Below, in pieces: positions 48,525-58,132 of a stretch of 64,000 bases of DNA. Under the pieces are notes generated by a model, which was not told the origin of the DNA, made no database searches, and saw nothing but the letters and a program-made list of their open reading frames with translations. Position numbers and translations under genes: made by a program. Position 1 is the stretch's first letter, and every line of letters begins with the position of its first letter. Source of the stretch: Candidatus Bathyarchaeota archaeon (lineage in GTDB: Archaea > Thermoproteota > Bathyarchaeia > Bathyarchaeales > Bathycorpusculaceae); the NCBI GenBank assembly GCA_029881805.1, contig JAOULW010000005.1, forward strand, positions 1 through 64,000, in the 5' to 3' direction.

Positions 48525-49580
48525 ATGGGAAGCGTAAAAGACTTAGAAGTCGTCAAAAAACCGACAAAAGGCAAAATGGGCATCGCAAGATTTCACTTCT
48601 CAGATCGCTATTCAGTCTTTGATTGGGGCGAAATGCCAGACCTCATCGATGGCAAGGGCGAAGCCCTATGCATGATGGGCGCCTACTGCTTTGAGAGACT
48701 TGAGAAAGAGGGCATCAGAACACATTATCGAGGATTAGTTGACAGGAACGGTAAGACTGCACGTTTTGATGAGTTAGAGCAGCCCTCAAACGTTATGGAA
48801 ATCGACTTAGTGAACGTGTACAGGCCTAAAACTGCCACGTACGAGGGGAAACTCAGGTACGATTACGGTCTTTACACATCGAACTTGAAGAATTTCTTGA
48901 TTCCGCTCGAGATAATTTACAGAAATGGCTTGCCTGAAGGCTCCTCAGTCTTCAAGAGGCTTGAGCAGGGCTTAATGACCATCGAGAATTTGGGCTTAGA
49001 CCATTATCCGCAGGCTGGAGAGAAACTTGAGAGGCCAATTTTCGATGTAAGCACTAAGCTTGAGGACAAGGACAGATACGTTACATGGGAAGAAGCCAAA
49101 GGGTTAGCTGGGCTAACTTATGGCGAAGTCGTTGAGATAAGGGAATTGCTCCTAAAGATTAACGAAATGATTACGGAGTTAGCTAGAAAAGCTAATTTGG
49201 TGAATGAGGATGGGAAGATCGAGTTGGCTTTTGACCCATTTCGGAGGCTTATGGTTGTTGATGTTGTGGGCACCTTGGACGAGTGCAGATTCACATATAA
49301 TGGATTGCACGTAAGCAAAGAACTAGCCAGAAAGTTTTATCGAAAAACAGATTGGCATAAGGACGTTGAAGAGGCAAAGAGAAAAACTGAAACACAAGGT
49401 GTCCTAGAGTGGAAAACGCTATGCGAGTCAAAACCGCTGAAGCTTGACCCAGTCTTGAAAACTATAATCAGCGAAATGTACATGGCTACGTCAAATGAGT
49501 TAACAAGCCACGAAATGTTCAATGCCCCTTGTCTTGAAAAAGTTATTGAAAAATATAAGGATTGTACGGCTGCAGATTAA
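48525..49580 (+). CDS. purC: SAICAR synthetase PurC
   Basis: SDRYSVFDW motif and PurC-wide similarity. 12 nt after purE. Confidence 0.8.
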   Translation: MGSVKDLEVVKKPTKGKMGIARFHFSDRYSVFDWGEMPDLIDGKGEALCMMGAYCFERLEKEGIRTHYRGLVDRNGKTARFDELEQPSNVMEIDLVNVYRPKTATYEGKLRYDYGLYTSNLKNFLIPLEIIYRNGLPEGSSVFKRLEQGLMTIENLGLDHYPQAGEKLERPIFDVSTKLEDKDRYVTWEEAKGLAGLTYGEVVEIRELLLKINEMITELARKANLVNEDGKIELAFDPFRRLMVVDVVGTLDECRFTYNGLHVSKELARKFYRKTDWHKDVEEAKRKTETQGVLEWKTLCESKPLKLDPVLKTIISEMYMATSNELTSHEMFNAPCLEKVIEKYKDCTAAD

Positions 49581-51019
49581 GTTATCAGTTCGTGTAGTTG
49601 ATTTGTCTTTTGTGCTCTTCTGATTTCTAAGGCTATGCGGTCACCCGTGCTCATTCGCCTTCTATATTTTGCGTTTGCGTATTGCGAGCCCAATCCCATG
49701 TGAACGTTTGTTCCTCCACCATGCCGTAAAGCGACGTCCTGTGTCACCGGGATGTGCATGTAGGGGTCTCGTTCTTCTGGTACATCGTACAAGCCGTAAT
49801 CTGCCGCTGTCTTGGCCTCCACGCCGCTCGTGAAGTCCAGCTTAACCGAAGGTTTCACTTCATACTTGGATACGCGGTCCCAGGTTATCAGCGTCTGCAA
49901 GCACCACGCGCCGATTATTCCTGGATACACGTGTTCTCGGCAGGCAAGCAAGAAGCGGTCTGCATAGCGATGCAAATCTTTGAGCAACGATTCTCTTAGG
50001 CTCAGTATAGCATGTGCGGTGACCTCGAAAGACGGAACCTTCTTTATCTTATCCTGAACATCCGAAGGAAGCCTCTTCAAGCCATCAAGTATCGTCTCTC
50101 TCCGCTCGTCTATGGATAGGAACTGGTTGGCTAAACATATCCTCGCTTCTTCTATGCTAACGTTGTAGAGCTTTGCAAACCAGTCTTCTGTGTCTCCCCA
50201 TTCGCTTTTTGCATCCAACGGAGAGAAGAAGAAGTTGAAGTTTGCGTGGGGCCCGAGCACGATTTGCTCAGCGCGACCATTCTCTAGTGCTTCCTTACTC
50301 AGATTCCCAGCTGTAACTTCTCGCTCAACTTTTTCCTCCAAGTCGCGAGAATCTGCAGCAAAGATAAACTCTCTTTCAAAGGCCCTGTGCGCATGTTCAG
50401 CTTTCAAAATCATCGGTTCATCAATTGGCTCCCTAAATCGTATTCCGCCTTCATGAAATTCGTATTTGTAAGATTTTGGATATGGTATGCCAGCTTGCTC
50501 CGCAAACCAGTAATAGTCTTTTTCGATTTCTCCTCTGTTTTCTATTTTTAGTAGGTTCCTAGAGCCAAGTATTGGAACCGCATAATCGTTTTCAATTACG
50601 CTGCAGTGTTCGTCTCCGCCAACGTAAACTGCAAAAGCTCTATTCGTGATTTGTAGGCACTCCAAATCAATGAGCTTGTCAACATATTTGACTATATCCG
50701 AGTATTTGTCCATAATCACTATGACACTTTTCCAATCGTCACTTTTCCTTACGTCCTTAAGGTCGTTGACAACACGCAAATCTCTTCGCACGAGCATTGG
50801 CAAATCTTCCACAATTTCTTCTAGTTTGCCAACCATGGGATTTTGAAGATAAATTCGCGCCCTACTAGGCGTAGTGTAGATTATGCTCCTCAACCCGTAA
50901 TTGCGCTGTCCCTGCCAAGCATCCAAGGCTGAATGAGAACCTAAATTCAGTCCTATAGGCTCTTGATATCTTGTCACTATTTCCTGCATTTCTTCTCTCT
51001 TAATAACCAAATCTTTCAC
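49577..51019 (-). CDS. purP: 5-formaminoimidazole-4-carboxamide ribonucleotide (FAICAR) synthetase PurP, long form
   Basis: Segments NLGSHSAL, VPILGSRNLL, AEQAGIPYPKSY, GAWCLQTL, RHGGGTNVHMG and GDRIALEIRRA match archaeal PurP (MJ0136 type). About 100 aa longer than typical. Confidence 0.75.
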   Translation of the reverse strand: MKDLVIKREEMQEIVTRYQEPIGLNLGSHSALDAWQGQRNYGLRSIIYTTPSRARIYLQNPMVGKLEEIVEDLPMLVRRDLRVVNDLKDVRKSDDWKSVIVIMDKYSDIVKYVDKLIDLECLQITNRAFAVYVGGDEHCSVIENDYAVPILGSRNLLKIENRGEIEKDYYWFAEQAGIPYPKSYKYEFHEGGIRFREPIDEPMILKAEHAHRAFEREFIFAADSRDLEEKVEREVTAGNLSKEALENGRAEQIVLGPHANFNFFFSPLDAKSEWGDTEDWFAKLYNVSIEEARICLANQFLSIDERRETILDGLKRLPSDVQDKIKKVPSFEVTAHAILSLRESLLKDLHRYADRFLLACREHVYPGIIGAWCLQTLITWDRVSKYEVKPSVKLDFTSGVEAKTAADYGLYDVPEERDPYMHIPVTQDVALRHGGGTNVHMGLGSQYANAKYRRRMSTGDRIALEIRRAQKTNQLHELIT

Positions 51020-51367
51020 CAGTTTGTCTATAGAATTTTTAAATCTGATGCTTTAAACCTTTTTCACACTTTGCAGTAAAAACATTGTTTATAGAGTTTT
51101 CTTCTAGAGTTTTTATCTATCCTATTTTTACATACATGATTATAAGAAGAGATGAAGACTTTTATTCATGGGAGAAGGGGAGTTGGCAGAAGAGACTTTC
51201 AATTGGTTGTTTGTCGACTTCATTCCGTTACTTTGTGAAACGAAAAGAGTAGCAAAGCAATTCAAAATAGAGATGTGGCTTGACCTGACCCAACTAGTTA
51301 AGGAACTAGGCATTGAGAAAACCAATGATGCAAAAACAGGCAGGTCCCAAACAAAGGGCTACATTAT

Positions 51368-52126
51368 TTAGAGAACGCAAAGTCTTAATATTCTCTCAAA
51401 ACTTTCACGGCTTCTCTCTGCTTTGTGTAGCCTTAAAGCCTCGATAAGTGTGTTCTTGTCAATTTCGCTGAGTCTCTCTGTCAACATTTTTGCAACCATG
51501 CCACCGACAAAAAGAAAGTGACAAATCGACGTCACATTAGAAGCCCTCCGGTTCACGCTGGCAGTTTCAAAGTCGACAAGGAAGGGTCTGCTTTCTAGGT
51601 CAATTATTATGTGTTTTGGGGCGTGGCTCAACTCTCCATGGTCTAAGCCGATCTTGTCCAGACACCAAGACTGTTGTAGAAGTTCACGAAAGACTTTCCG
51701 TATAACGGCTTCTTCCCTTCGCTTTTCCAACCATAAAGGAAGCAAATCGCCATCGACAAATTCCATCAAAAGAAAGTTTTCGCTTACGCCCAGAAACTTC
51801 GGTCCGATACTAACAGAATTTGCCTTTTTTAGCATTTTCGCTTCTTGTTGCATTCTGGAACGGTCAGCATCCACTCGCCTAATCTTTAGAGCTATTTTTT
51901 TACTATTCAAATAAGCGATTACAACTATACCGACGCAACCCTTACCCAAGATAGGCACATTGAATGCCCGCTTTTCCCCACTGAATTCTATGGCTTCAAC
52001 ACCTAGTCTTTGCAGCTCCACCAAGCGTTTCTTCAATTCTGTCTTGCTAGATCTAGGATAACAAATCACAGACGCATAAGGCTCTTCGCCTAGTCTTTCC
52101 AAGGCTAGCGCCAGCGCACTTTTCAA
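51368..52126 (-). CDS. RIO/Bud32-type atypical Ser/Thr protein kinase
   Basis: Gly-rich loop GKGCVGIV, VAIK-like ALKIRR, catalytic-loop LDHGELS. Confidence 0.55.
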   Translation of the reverse strand: MKSALALALERLGEEPYASVICYPRSSKTELKKRLVELQRLGVEAIEFSGEKRAFNVPILGKGCVGIVVIAYLNSKKIALKIRRVDADRSRMQQEAKMLKKANSVSIGPKFLGVSENFLLMEFVDGDLLPLWLEKRREEAVIRKVFRELLQQSWCLDKIGLDHGELSHAPKHIIIDLESRPFLVDFETASVNRRASNVTSICHFLFVGGMVAKMLTERLSEIDKNTLIEALRLHKAERSRESFERILRLCVL

Positions 52127-52445
52127 TGAGTCTGACCCCTCCAGTCGCTCTGCTCAACATGCACTAAAATAAAACGCAGGAGTATCATAAGTTTTATAGC
52201 GACCTATCATCTCTAAAATGCTGTTCTAAATAGGTTATGAGGATGCCAAGGTTTAGACAAACAACTGAACTCCTTAGATTAATGAGTAGGAAAGAGAGCA
52301 TACGCAACATCGGCGCAATTGTCCACATAGAGCATGGAAAACAACAACGACGGACTCCCTGCTCGCTGAATCTGGGTCGCTATCCCCGCAAATAGCTGGA
52401 AAAACCCGAACTCTCGACTATCTGGAGGAAGAACAAAAACGCGCA

Positions 52446-53243
52446 TCACGGCTTTCTCGCTTTGAAAATAATGGTGAAAGGTATCCTTTTCCATAAATCG
52501 AAATTTTTGATGAATCTCAGTTCTACATATGGAATTCGTTTTCTTTCGTCTTCGCTCATCTTATTAAGGGAATACGGTTCAGGCTCAAGAATCTTTTCAA
52601 TAACAAAACCTGTAGCCACAAGCAAATCAAAGAAGTCCTGAATAGTCCTGTGGCGCCCAATAAACTTGGCAACTTTTCCATCTTCAAACTTCCACGTCCA
52701 TGTGTGTCTTCTTCTGTCAAAATAGTTACTTATTCCCCAAATTCGCCTCTTACCGCGCCGAACGACTCTTCCTCTGTCCGCTAATGGATGCACATCGGCA
52801 AAAACAAACAATCCACCTCTTCGTAACACTCTGAAGACTTCTTCAAATGCTTCTTTCAGATTCTCCACATATCCTATTGCGAACGAAGAAAGGACAATGT
52901 CAAAGCTTACATTGCGAAATTCACTCAAATCTTCCATATTGCGGACAAAAAAAGGAACCTTGACGCTTTCTTTCGCGGCAAGTTTCCGAGCATATCTTAT
53001 TTGCTCTTCAGATATATCCAAGCCAACAGACTTGGCGCCCCACTTACTAAGAACTATCGCGTTTTGGCCGCCGCCGCAGCCAATTTCCAAAACGTCCTTG
53101 CCTTTTACATCTTCAAGTAGCTTCAACTCTAATTCGCCAGGAGAAATTGGTCCGTAGTGTACATCCTCAAGAGAGATTCTTGTCTTTTCTTGGTAGCGTC
53201 GAGAAATAAGATTCCATCCTTTCCTTGTTGACATCTCACTCAT
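52446..53243 (-). CDS. class I SAM-dependent methyltransferase (type 11)
   Basis: Motif I VLEIGCGGGQNA. Confidence 0.8.
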   Translation of the reverse strand: MSEMSTRKGWNLISRRYQEKTRISLEDVHYGPISPGELELKLLEDVKGKDVLEIGCGGGQNAIVLSKWGAKSVGLDISEEQIRYARKLAAKESVKVPFFVRNMEDLSEFRNVSFDIVLSSFAIGYVENLKEAFEEVFRVLRRGGLFVFADVHPLADRGRVVRRGKRRIWGISNYFDRRRHTWTWKFEDGKVAKFIGRHRTIQDFFDLLVATGFVIEKILEPEPYSLNKMSEDERKRIPYVELRFIKNFDLWKRIPFTIIFKARKP

Positions 53244-53309
53244 CTGGACATCCTGCCAAAGTGATTTAATAAAGTAAGGGTTTAAAAGTGAATTGCTGAT
53301 TAGGGAGAG

Positions 53310-54242
53310 TTGGATTGCGTGATTATTCGATTAGACTCTTCATGTCCATTCAATCTGGATTTCACTCTCTGCTGTGGACAAGTTTTTAGGTGGGATAAAA
53401 GAGGCACATGGTGGTATGGCATTGTTGGAGAAGATGTTTTCAAGATACGCCAAACCGACAATGAACTGGAATTTGAGAACAACGATGTTGACTTTGTCAG
53501 ACACTATTTCGGCCTGAGTGAGGATTTGCCAAAGATTTTTTCAACTATTAGAAAGGACAAGCACATTAAGCACGCTATTGAAAAGTTTGCAGGTTTGCGA
53601 ATCCTTCACCAAAACCCTTGGGAATGCCTAATCTCGTATATTTGTGCAACATACAAGAACATACCTGCAGTAAAACAAATGCTCCTCAAGCTTTCCAGAA
53701 AATTCGGTCGCAAAATCACTTTTGACAAGCGTTATTTTTATGCATTTCCGGCGTCCCAGAGTCTGGCAAAAGCGAGTGTTAAAGAATTGGCTGAATGTGG
53801 CTTAGGTTACAGGGCAAAGTATGTTTCTGGAACCGCAAAGAGAATTTATGATGATGATTTTAGCTTTGAAGATTTAAGAAAAGCAAGCCATGAGAAGGCT
53901 AGACGCGAATTAGTCAATCTTCCTGGTGTAGGCTTAAAAGTCGCAGACTGTGTCTCACTTTTCTCCCTTGAAAAACTCGAAGCATTTCCCATAGATATTT
54001 GGATAAAACGTGTTGTTCTCAAATATTATGCAAATAATTTTCCAACAGAATCTGTTAAGAAAATGTCAAGCAAAAAGTCGCCCAGTAAAGCGGAATATGA
54101 AAGACTAAGCCTATTTGGGCGAAAATATTTTGGAGAATATGCAGGTTACGCCCAAGAGTATCTGTATCACTCTGAACGAGCGGAAACTTCCAACCCAAAA
54201 ATGCAGAAAACGTTTAAATTAAATCCTAAAAATAGCATATAA
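53310..54242 (+). CDS. ogg: 8-oxoguanine DNA glycosylase (Ogg1-type, HhH-GPD)
   Basis: OGG_N-like FNLDFTLCCGQVFRW and HhH-GPD LVNLPGVGLKVADCV. Confidence 0.75.
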   Translation: MDCVIIRLDSSCPFNLDFTLCCGQVFRWDKRGTWWYGIVGEDVFKIRQTDNELEFENNDVDFVRHYFGLSEDLPKIFSTIRKDKHIKHAIEKFAGLRILHQNPWECLISYICATYKNIPAVKQMLLKLSRKFGRKITFDKRYFYAFPASQSLAKASVKELAECGLGYRAKYVSGTAKRIYDDDFSFEDLRKASHEKARRELVNLPGVGLKVADCVSLFSLEKLEAFPIDIWIKRVVLKYYANNFPTESVKKMSSKKSPSKAEYERLSLFGRKYFGEYAGYAQEYLYHSERAETSNPKMQKTFKLNPKNSI

Positions 54243-54262
54243 AAGAACATGAATGCAACTAG

Positions 54263-54340
54263 AGGGCCCGTAGCTCAGCTAGGTTAGAGCGACAGGCTCA
54301 TAACCTGTTGGTCAGGCGTTCAAATCGCCTCGGGCCCACC
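54263..54340 (+). tRNA. tRNA with CAU anticodon (elongator Met or Ile2 type); CCA encoded
   Basis: Clean cloverleaf: acceptor GGGCCCG/CGGGCCC, D GCTC/GAGC, anticodon stem ACAGG/CCTGT with loop CUCAUAA, T AGGCG-TTCAAAT-CGCCT. G1:C72 argues against initiator. Confidence 0.85.
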
Positions 54341-54341
54341 A

Positions 54342-54836
54342 TCATCGTTGTGTTTTCAATCTTTTGACAAGATTTGCGACTCTTTCTCCAAGCTCCTTGC
54401 AGAAGTCAAGCTCTTTCTCCCGAGGTGAACCAACAGCTGCGGCACCATAGTGCTTTTCGCTAGCTCGACCTTGTACAATCATGCCATGCACGAGCATGGC
54501 TTCTAGTATAGACAGAAGTGTGGTTTCTGCACCTGTCGCTGTTCCGCCAGAGCTTGTGAAGGCTCCGCCAACTTTTCCTTCAAGCTTTCCATGGATTTTA
54601 ACTGACTCGTCGAAGATGGCCTTGAGCTTGGCGGACATTTGACCATAGTATGTAGGCGAACCCATAATTATTCCGTCTGCTTCTAGCATGTCTTCAAGGC
54701 CAGTCTGACTAGCTTTCTTTGCGATCACTTCGACCTCGCTAATTTGCTTGGCGCCTTCAACCACGGCGAGCGCCATTTTCTCAGTGTTTCCAGTCTCAGA
54801 ATCATAAACAACTAGGATTTTCACCATCTCATTCAC
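54342..54836 (-). CDS. flavodoxin-like FMN-dependent reductase (WrbA/NADPH-FMN reductase family)
   Basis: MVKILVVYDSETGNTEKMA flavodoxin signature. Start may be the 4th codon. Confidence 0.75.
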   Translation of the reverse strand: MNEMVKILVVYDSETGNTEKMALAVVEGAKQISEVEVIAKKASQTGLEDMLEADGIIMGSPTYYGQMSAKLKAIFDESVKIHGKLEGKVGGAFTSSGGTATGAETTLLSILEAMLVHGMIVQGRASEKHYGAAAVGSPREKELDFCKELGERVANLVKRLKTQR

Positions 54837-55139
54837 GTCTAATTATTCACGTTTCATAAATCATACACCATTTTAAATTTTATTGTAGCCGGCGTCATTG
54901 ATTTATGTTCAAATTGTGACATAGAAGATTTTTCCACAAGCTATAAGTGGTAAGAAAACGCATTTACGTTTTGAGGAGGATGGTAGACGCGCTCTTGAGG
55001 GGAGAAAGGAGAGAAGGGAGTAAAATTTACTCTCTACCATCCTCCTCGCACATTTTCAATAATTCATGCACAAGTTGCTTTTAAATTTTTCTTTCAATTT
55101 CGAATTTAACCTTCGCAAAACTTCTCAAAAGCGATATTC

Positions 55140-55934
55140 TTAATGGCTTACACTTACTGCTTGCACTATTTCCTCTTTGAATTTTTCAGTTTCCATAAAG
55201 AATGTCTGAATCGGTCTAGCGTTTACTACGAGCCACCAATTTTTTCGTTTTATTGTTTCTTCTGGTTTTTCCCATTCGTTTATTATTTCAATCTTCATGT
55301 TAGGCGCAACCTCTTTGACTAGCCCTTCTATTTTCTTCGCGAAGGGATAACTAAATTCGCAGGTTGGCCCATAGAAGATTATTGCCTTGTTCCTATCTTC
55401 CGGTAAAGGTTCATATTCTCCTAGTGGTTTTGTTGGTTCATAGCTGCCTTCAATCGGGAAATAGAATAGGTTTCTTTCCTGAGTCGACAAAAAGCCATTT
55501 TTCTTATAAAACTCGGGCAAGGGCAGAAGCTCTCCTGTATTGAACGCTTTTGCTAGGATGAATTTACAGGTTTTTCGTTCTTTTACGTCTCGGATTACAG
55601 CTTGCAGGAGTCTTGTGCCTATTCCAAGTTTGTGTGCTTCTGGTGTTGGATTGTAAATGCAGTTTATAACGAGAACGTTTTTCCGTTTGAAAGCTTTAGT
55701 CACATCTGCCTCTTCTGGATAGTAGAGTATTTGTGCGGCTGGTTTTCTGTTATAGTAGGCGATTTTCGCGCACGACCCATATTTTGCAAGCATTTCCAGT
55801 AGCCATTGTCTTTTCAGTCTGATTCCTTGTTCATGAATTGGGTCGCCGAGCCTTTTGGAAGAACAAACGTAAACTAGGTCTCCTATGTTTGGTTCTTGGA
55901 GATTCTCAATTCTTATTTTTTCTTGCATACACAT
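55140..55934 (-). CDS. hypothetical protein with GNAT-like N-terminal region
   Basis: 264-aa ORF; segment VLVINCIYNPTPEAHKLGIGTRLLQAV is GNAT-like. Confidence 0.35.
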   Translation of the reverse strand: MCMQEKIRIENLQEPNIGDLVYVCSSKRLGDPIHEQGIRLKRQWLLEMLAKYGSCAKIAYYNRKPAAQILYYPEEADVTKAFKRKNVLVINCIYNPTPEAHKLGIGTRLLQAVIRDVKERKTCKFILAKAFNTGELLPLPEFYKKNGFLSTQERNLFYFPIEGSYEPTKPLGEYEPLPEDRNKAIIFYGPTCEFSYPFAKKIEGLVKEVAPNMKIEIINEWEKPEETIKRKNWWLVVNARPIQTFFMETEKFKEEIVQAVSVSH

Positions 55935-55958
55935 TTTGCCTTCTAATAGTGTCTCTCT

Positions 55959-56531
55959 TCAACCGAATTCTTTTGTGATTTCCTCAACTGTGTTTATTTT
56001 GGCGTTATAAACGTACTCTAGGTACTTCAATCCTTGTTTATGGTCTTCTTGTGTGAAGGCTTCAACACCGTCTTTGGCGATTATTATTTTATACCCTCTG
56101 AAGAAGGCGTCAGCGGCTGTGTGTCTAACGCACATGTTTGTGTGCAACCCGCCCAAGATTACTGTTCTTACTCCTTCGCCTTTGTATAGGCTTCTTAGGA
56201 GCGAGTCCAAGCCTGTCTCGTAGAAGCCGCTATACGTCCTTTTTTCTACAATGTAATCCTTTGCTGCAGGCTTCAGTTCTGGGATCACTTCTGCTCCCTT
56301 TGTGCCTTTTATTGCGTGCTTTCCCCATTTTCGAACAACTTCCGCATCTTGAGGATAATGTGCATCATTGCTGTATATGACAGCCACGCCACGCTTGCGG
56401 GCGGTTTCAACAAGCTTTTTAAGGTTTGAAATTATGCGTTCGGCTCTTTCACATTTCAAATCTCCAGTGACAAAATCGTTCAACATATCAATAATTATTA
56501 CAGCCTTGCTATTCACACGCGATTCCTCCAT
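55959..56531 (-). CDS. isochorismatase-family cysteine hydrolase (nicotinamidase-like)
   Basis: Isochorismatase fold with catalytic Asp/Lys/Cys (..IIIDMLNDF.. ; ..GGLHTNMCVRHTA..). Confidence 0.8.
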   Translation of the reverse strand: MEESRVNSKAVIIIDMLNDFVTGDLKCERAERIISNLKKLVETARKRGVAVIYSNDAHYPQDAEVVRKWGKHAIKGTKGAEVIPELKPAAKDYIVEKRTYSGFYETGLDSLLRSLYKGEGVRTVILGGLHTNMCVRHTAADAFFRGYKIIIAKDGVEAFTQEDHKQGLKYLEYVYNAKINTVEEITKEFG

Positions 56532-56579
56532 AATTTATTAGAATTTGACTTTGCCTTTATACTTTATTTAGGATATTTA

Positions 56580-57266
56580 TCATTCTGTGAAATCTTTGTA
56601 GAGTTTTAGATTGCCCACCCAGTCCTTCTGGTTAACTGGCCAGCTATGCGCAGGATTTCGAGGCTTGCATATGATCTCCTTTATCTGAAAGGCTCCCGGC
56701 TTCAGGAAGTTTACAGAATTTACTGCTCGCACAACAAGCGCCGTATCCAAACCTAACCATGAGCCTGCGACAGCCACAACTTCGTCTCCTTCCTTTAATA
56801 AACCGTTGTCGGTAGCCATTAATGCGGCTGTTACGCAAACAGCTGTTCCGGAGCTAACGATTTTAAGCGACAAGCGAACCATGGTTGCCAATGTCGGAAC
56901 TCCATGGTGTTCCAGAGCTGCTCCAACATTGTATAGTGGATCGGTAGCTCTTACTATTCTAGCTCCGAATTTTTCGAGTTTATTCCAAATTTTCTTGTCT
57001 GGGATGCCTATCTTTAAGTCGCCAATCGCGGTGTTTTCAATTTTTGTGTTGGCTGCTGAAGTGACAACTATGAGATCGATTCTAGACCGCCGAAGCATTT
57101 CAGCGGCTACAAGCGCGCTTAAACCAGTCTCGGAAGCGACAATCAGTCTATTTATGCCGAGTTCACGAGCCCTTTGGATGGCAAGTTTCAATGTTTTTTC
57201 AGTGTTGATTTGACCGCACACTTTAAAGTAAAAAGTACTCTTTGACTCGCCTAGAGTGCCACTCAT
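56580..57266 (-). CDS. pyruvate-kinase C-terminal (alpha/beta) domain-like protein
   Basis: Pattern ..RLIVASETGLSA...DLIVVTS...VVAVAGS.. resembles the PK_C domain. Confidence 0.45.
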   Translation of the reverse strand: MSGTLGESKSTFYFKVCGQINTEKTLKLAIQRARELGINRLIVASETGLSALVAAEMLRRSRIDLIVVTSAANTKIENTAIGDLKIGIPDKKIWNKLEKFGARIVRATDPLYNVGAALEHHGVPTLATMVRLSLKIVSSGTAVCVTAALMATDNGLLKEGDEVVAVAGSWLGLDTALVVRAVNSVNFLKPGAFQIKEIICKPRNPAHSWPVNQKDWVGNLKLYKDFTE

Positions 57267-57297
57267 CTGATTTTACCACCTTAGACTTTAGTAATAT

Positions 57298-58095
57298 ATG
57301 TTCAGAAAATTATTTATAATGTGGTTTGAATTCTGTCGGCAGATGATCGCGATGAATTATGGACCTGCATCAAAGTATTACGATCTGTTCGCGTCAAGAG
57401 ATGACATAAATTTCTACAAAGAATTGGCCGTAGATCATGGAAGAAAAGCCCTAGAACTTGGCGTGGGAACTGGCAGAGTCGCTATTGAACTGGCTAAGGC
57501 AGGCGTTACTATTTGGGGAATTGATAACTCTAAATACATGCTTAATGTTGCCAGACAAAAACTGAGAAAAGAAAACCCTTCTGTTAGAAAACGCGTAGTG
57601 CTGAAACTTGGAGATATGCGCAATTTCAAACTTAAAGAAACTTTTCCGGTCGCCTACGTTGCCTCCTCAACATTTGAACATTGTATCACGGAAGGAGACC
57701 AGAGGAAATGCTTAGCAAGCGCATATAATGCATTGCAAAGAAAAGGCATGTTGGCATTTGACATATCGCAGCCTACCAACGAAAAATCTGTAAATTCTTG
57801 GTGGATTGACCGAAAGGAATCAAGCAAGGAGGAAGAAGTTGTTAGAACAATATTTTCAAGACGGAATCCGAAAACCAATATTGTTTCAGTGAATCTCTTT
57901 TTTGACGTTTACCATAAAGGAATAATGAAAAAAAGGTTTTACGAGTACGGTGAAGCAAGGCTATTTTCTAAGGAAACTGTAGAAAAAATATTGGAAAAGG
58001 TAGGGTTTAAGGTGGATAAAGTCTACGGCAACTTTGACAAATCAGAGTATAGTCAAAAAAGCGAAAAAGTGATATTCCTAGTCACAAAGCCCTAA
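57298..58095 (+). CDS. class I SAM-dependent methyltransferase
   Basis: Motif I LELGVGTGRVA. Confidence 0.75.
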   Translation: MFRKLFIMWFEFCRQMIAMNYGPASKYYDLFASRDDINFYKELAVDHGRKALELGVGTGRVAIELAKAGVTIWGIDNSKYMLNVARQKLRKENPSVRKRVVLKLGDMRNFKLKETFPVAYVASSTFEHCITEGDQRKCLASAYNALQRKGMLAFDISQPTNEKSVNSWWIDRKESSKEEEVVRTIFSRRNPKTNIVSVNLFFDVYHKGIMKKRFYEYGEARLFSKETVEKILEKVGFKVDKVYGNFDKSEYSQKSEKVIFLVTKP

Positions 58096-58132
58096 ATATG
58101 CTGCAACATTTAGCGATACGTCTAATTGGGGA

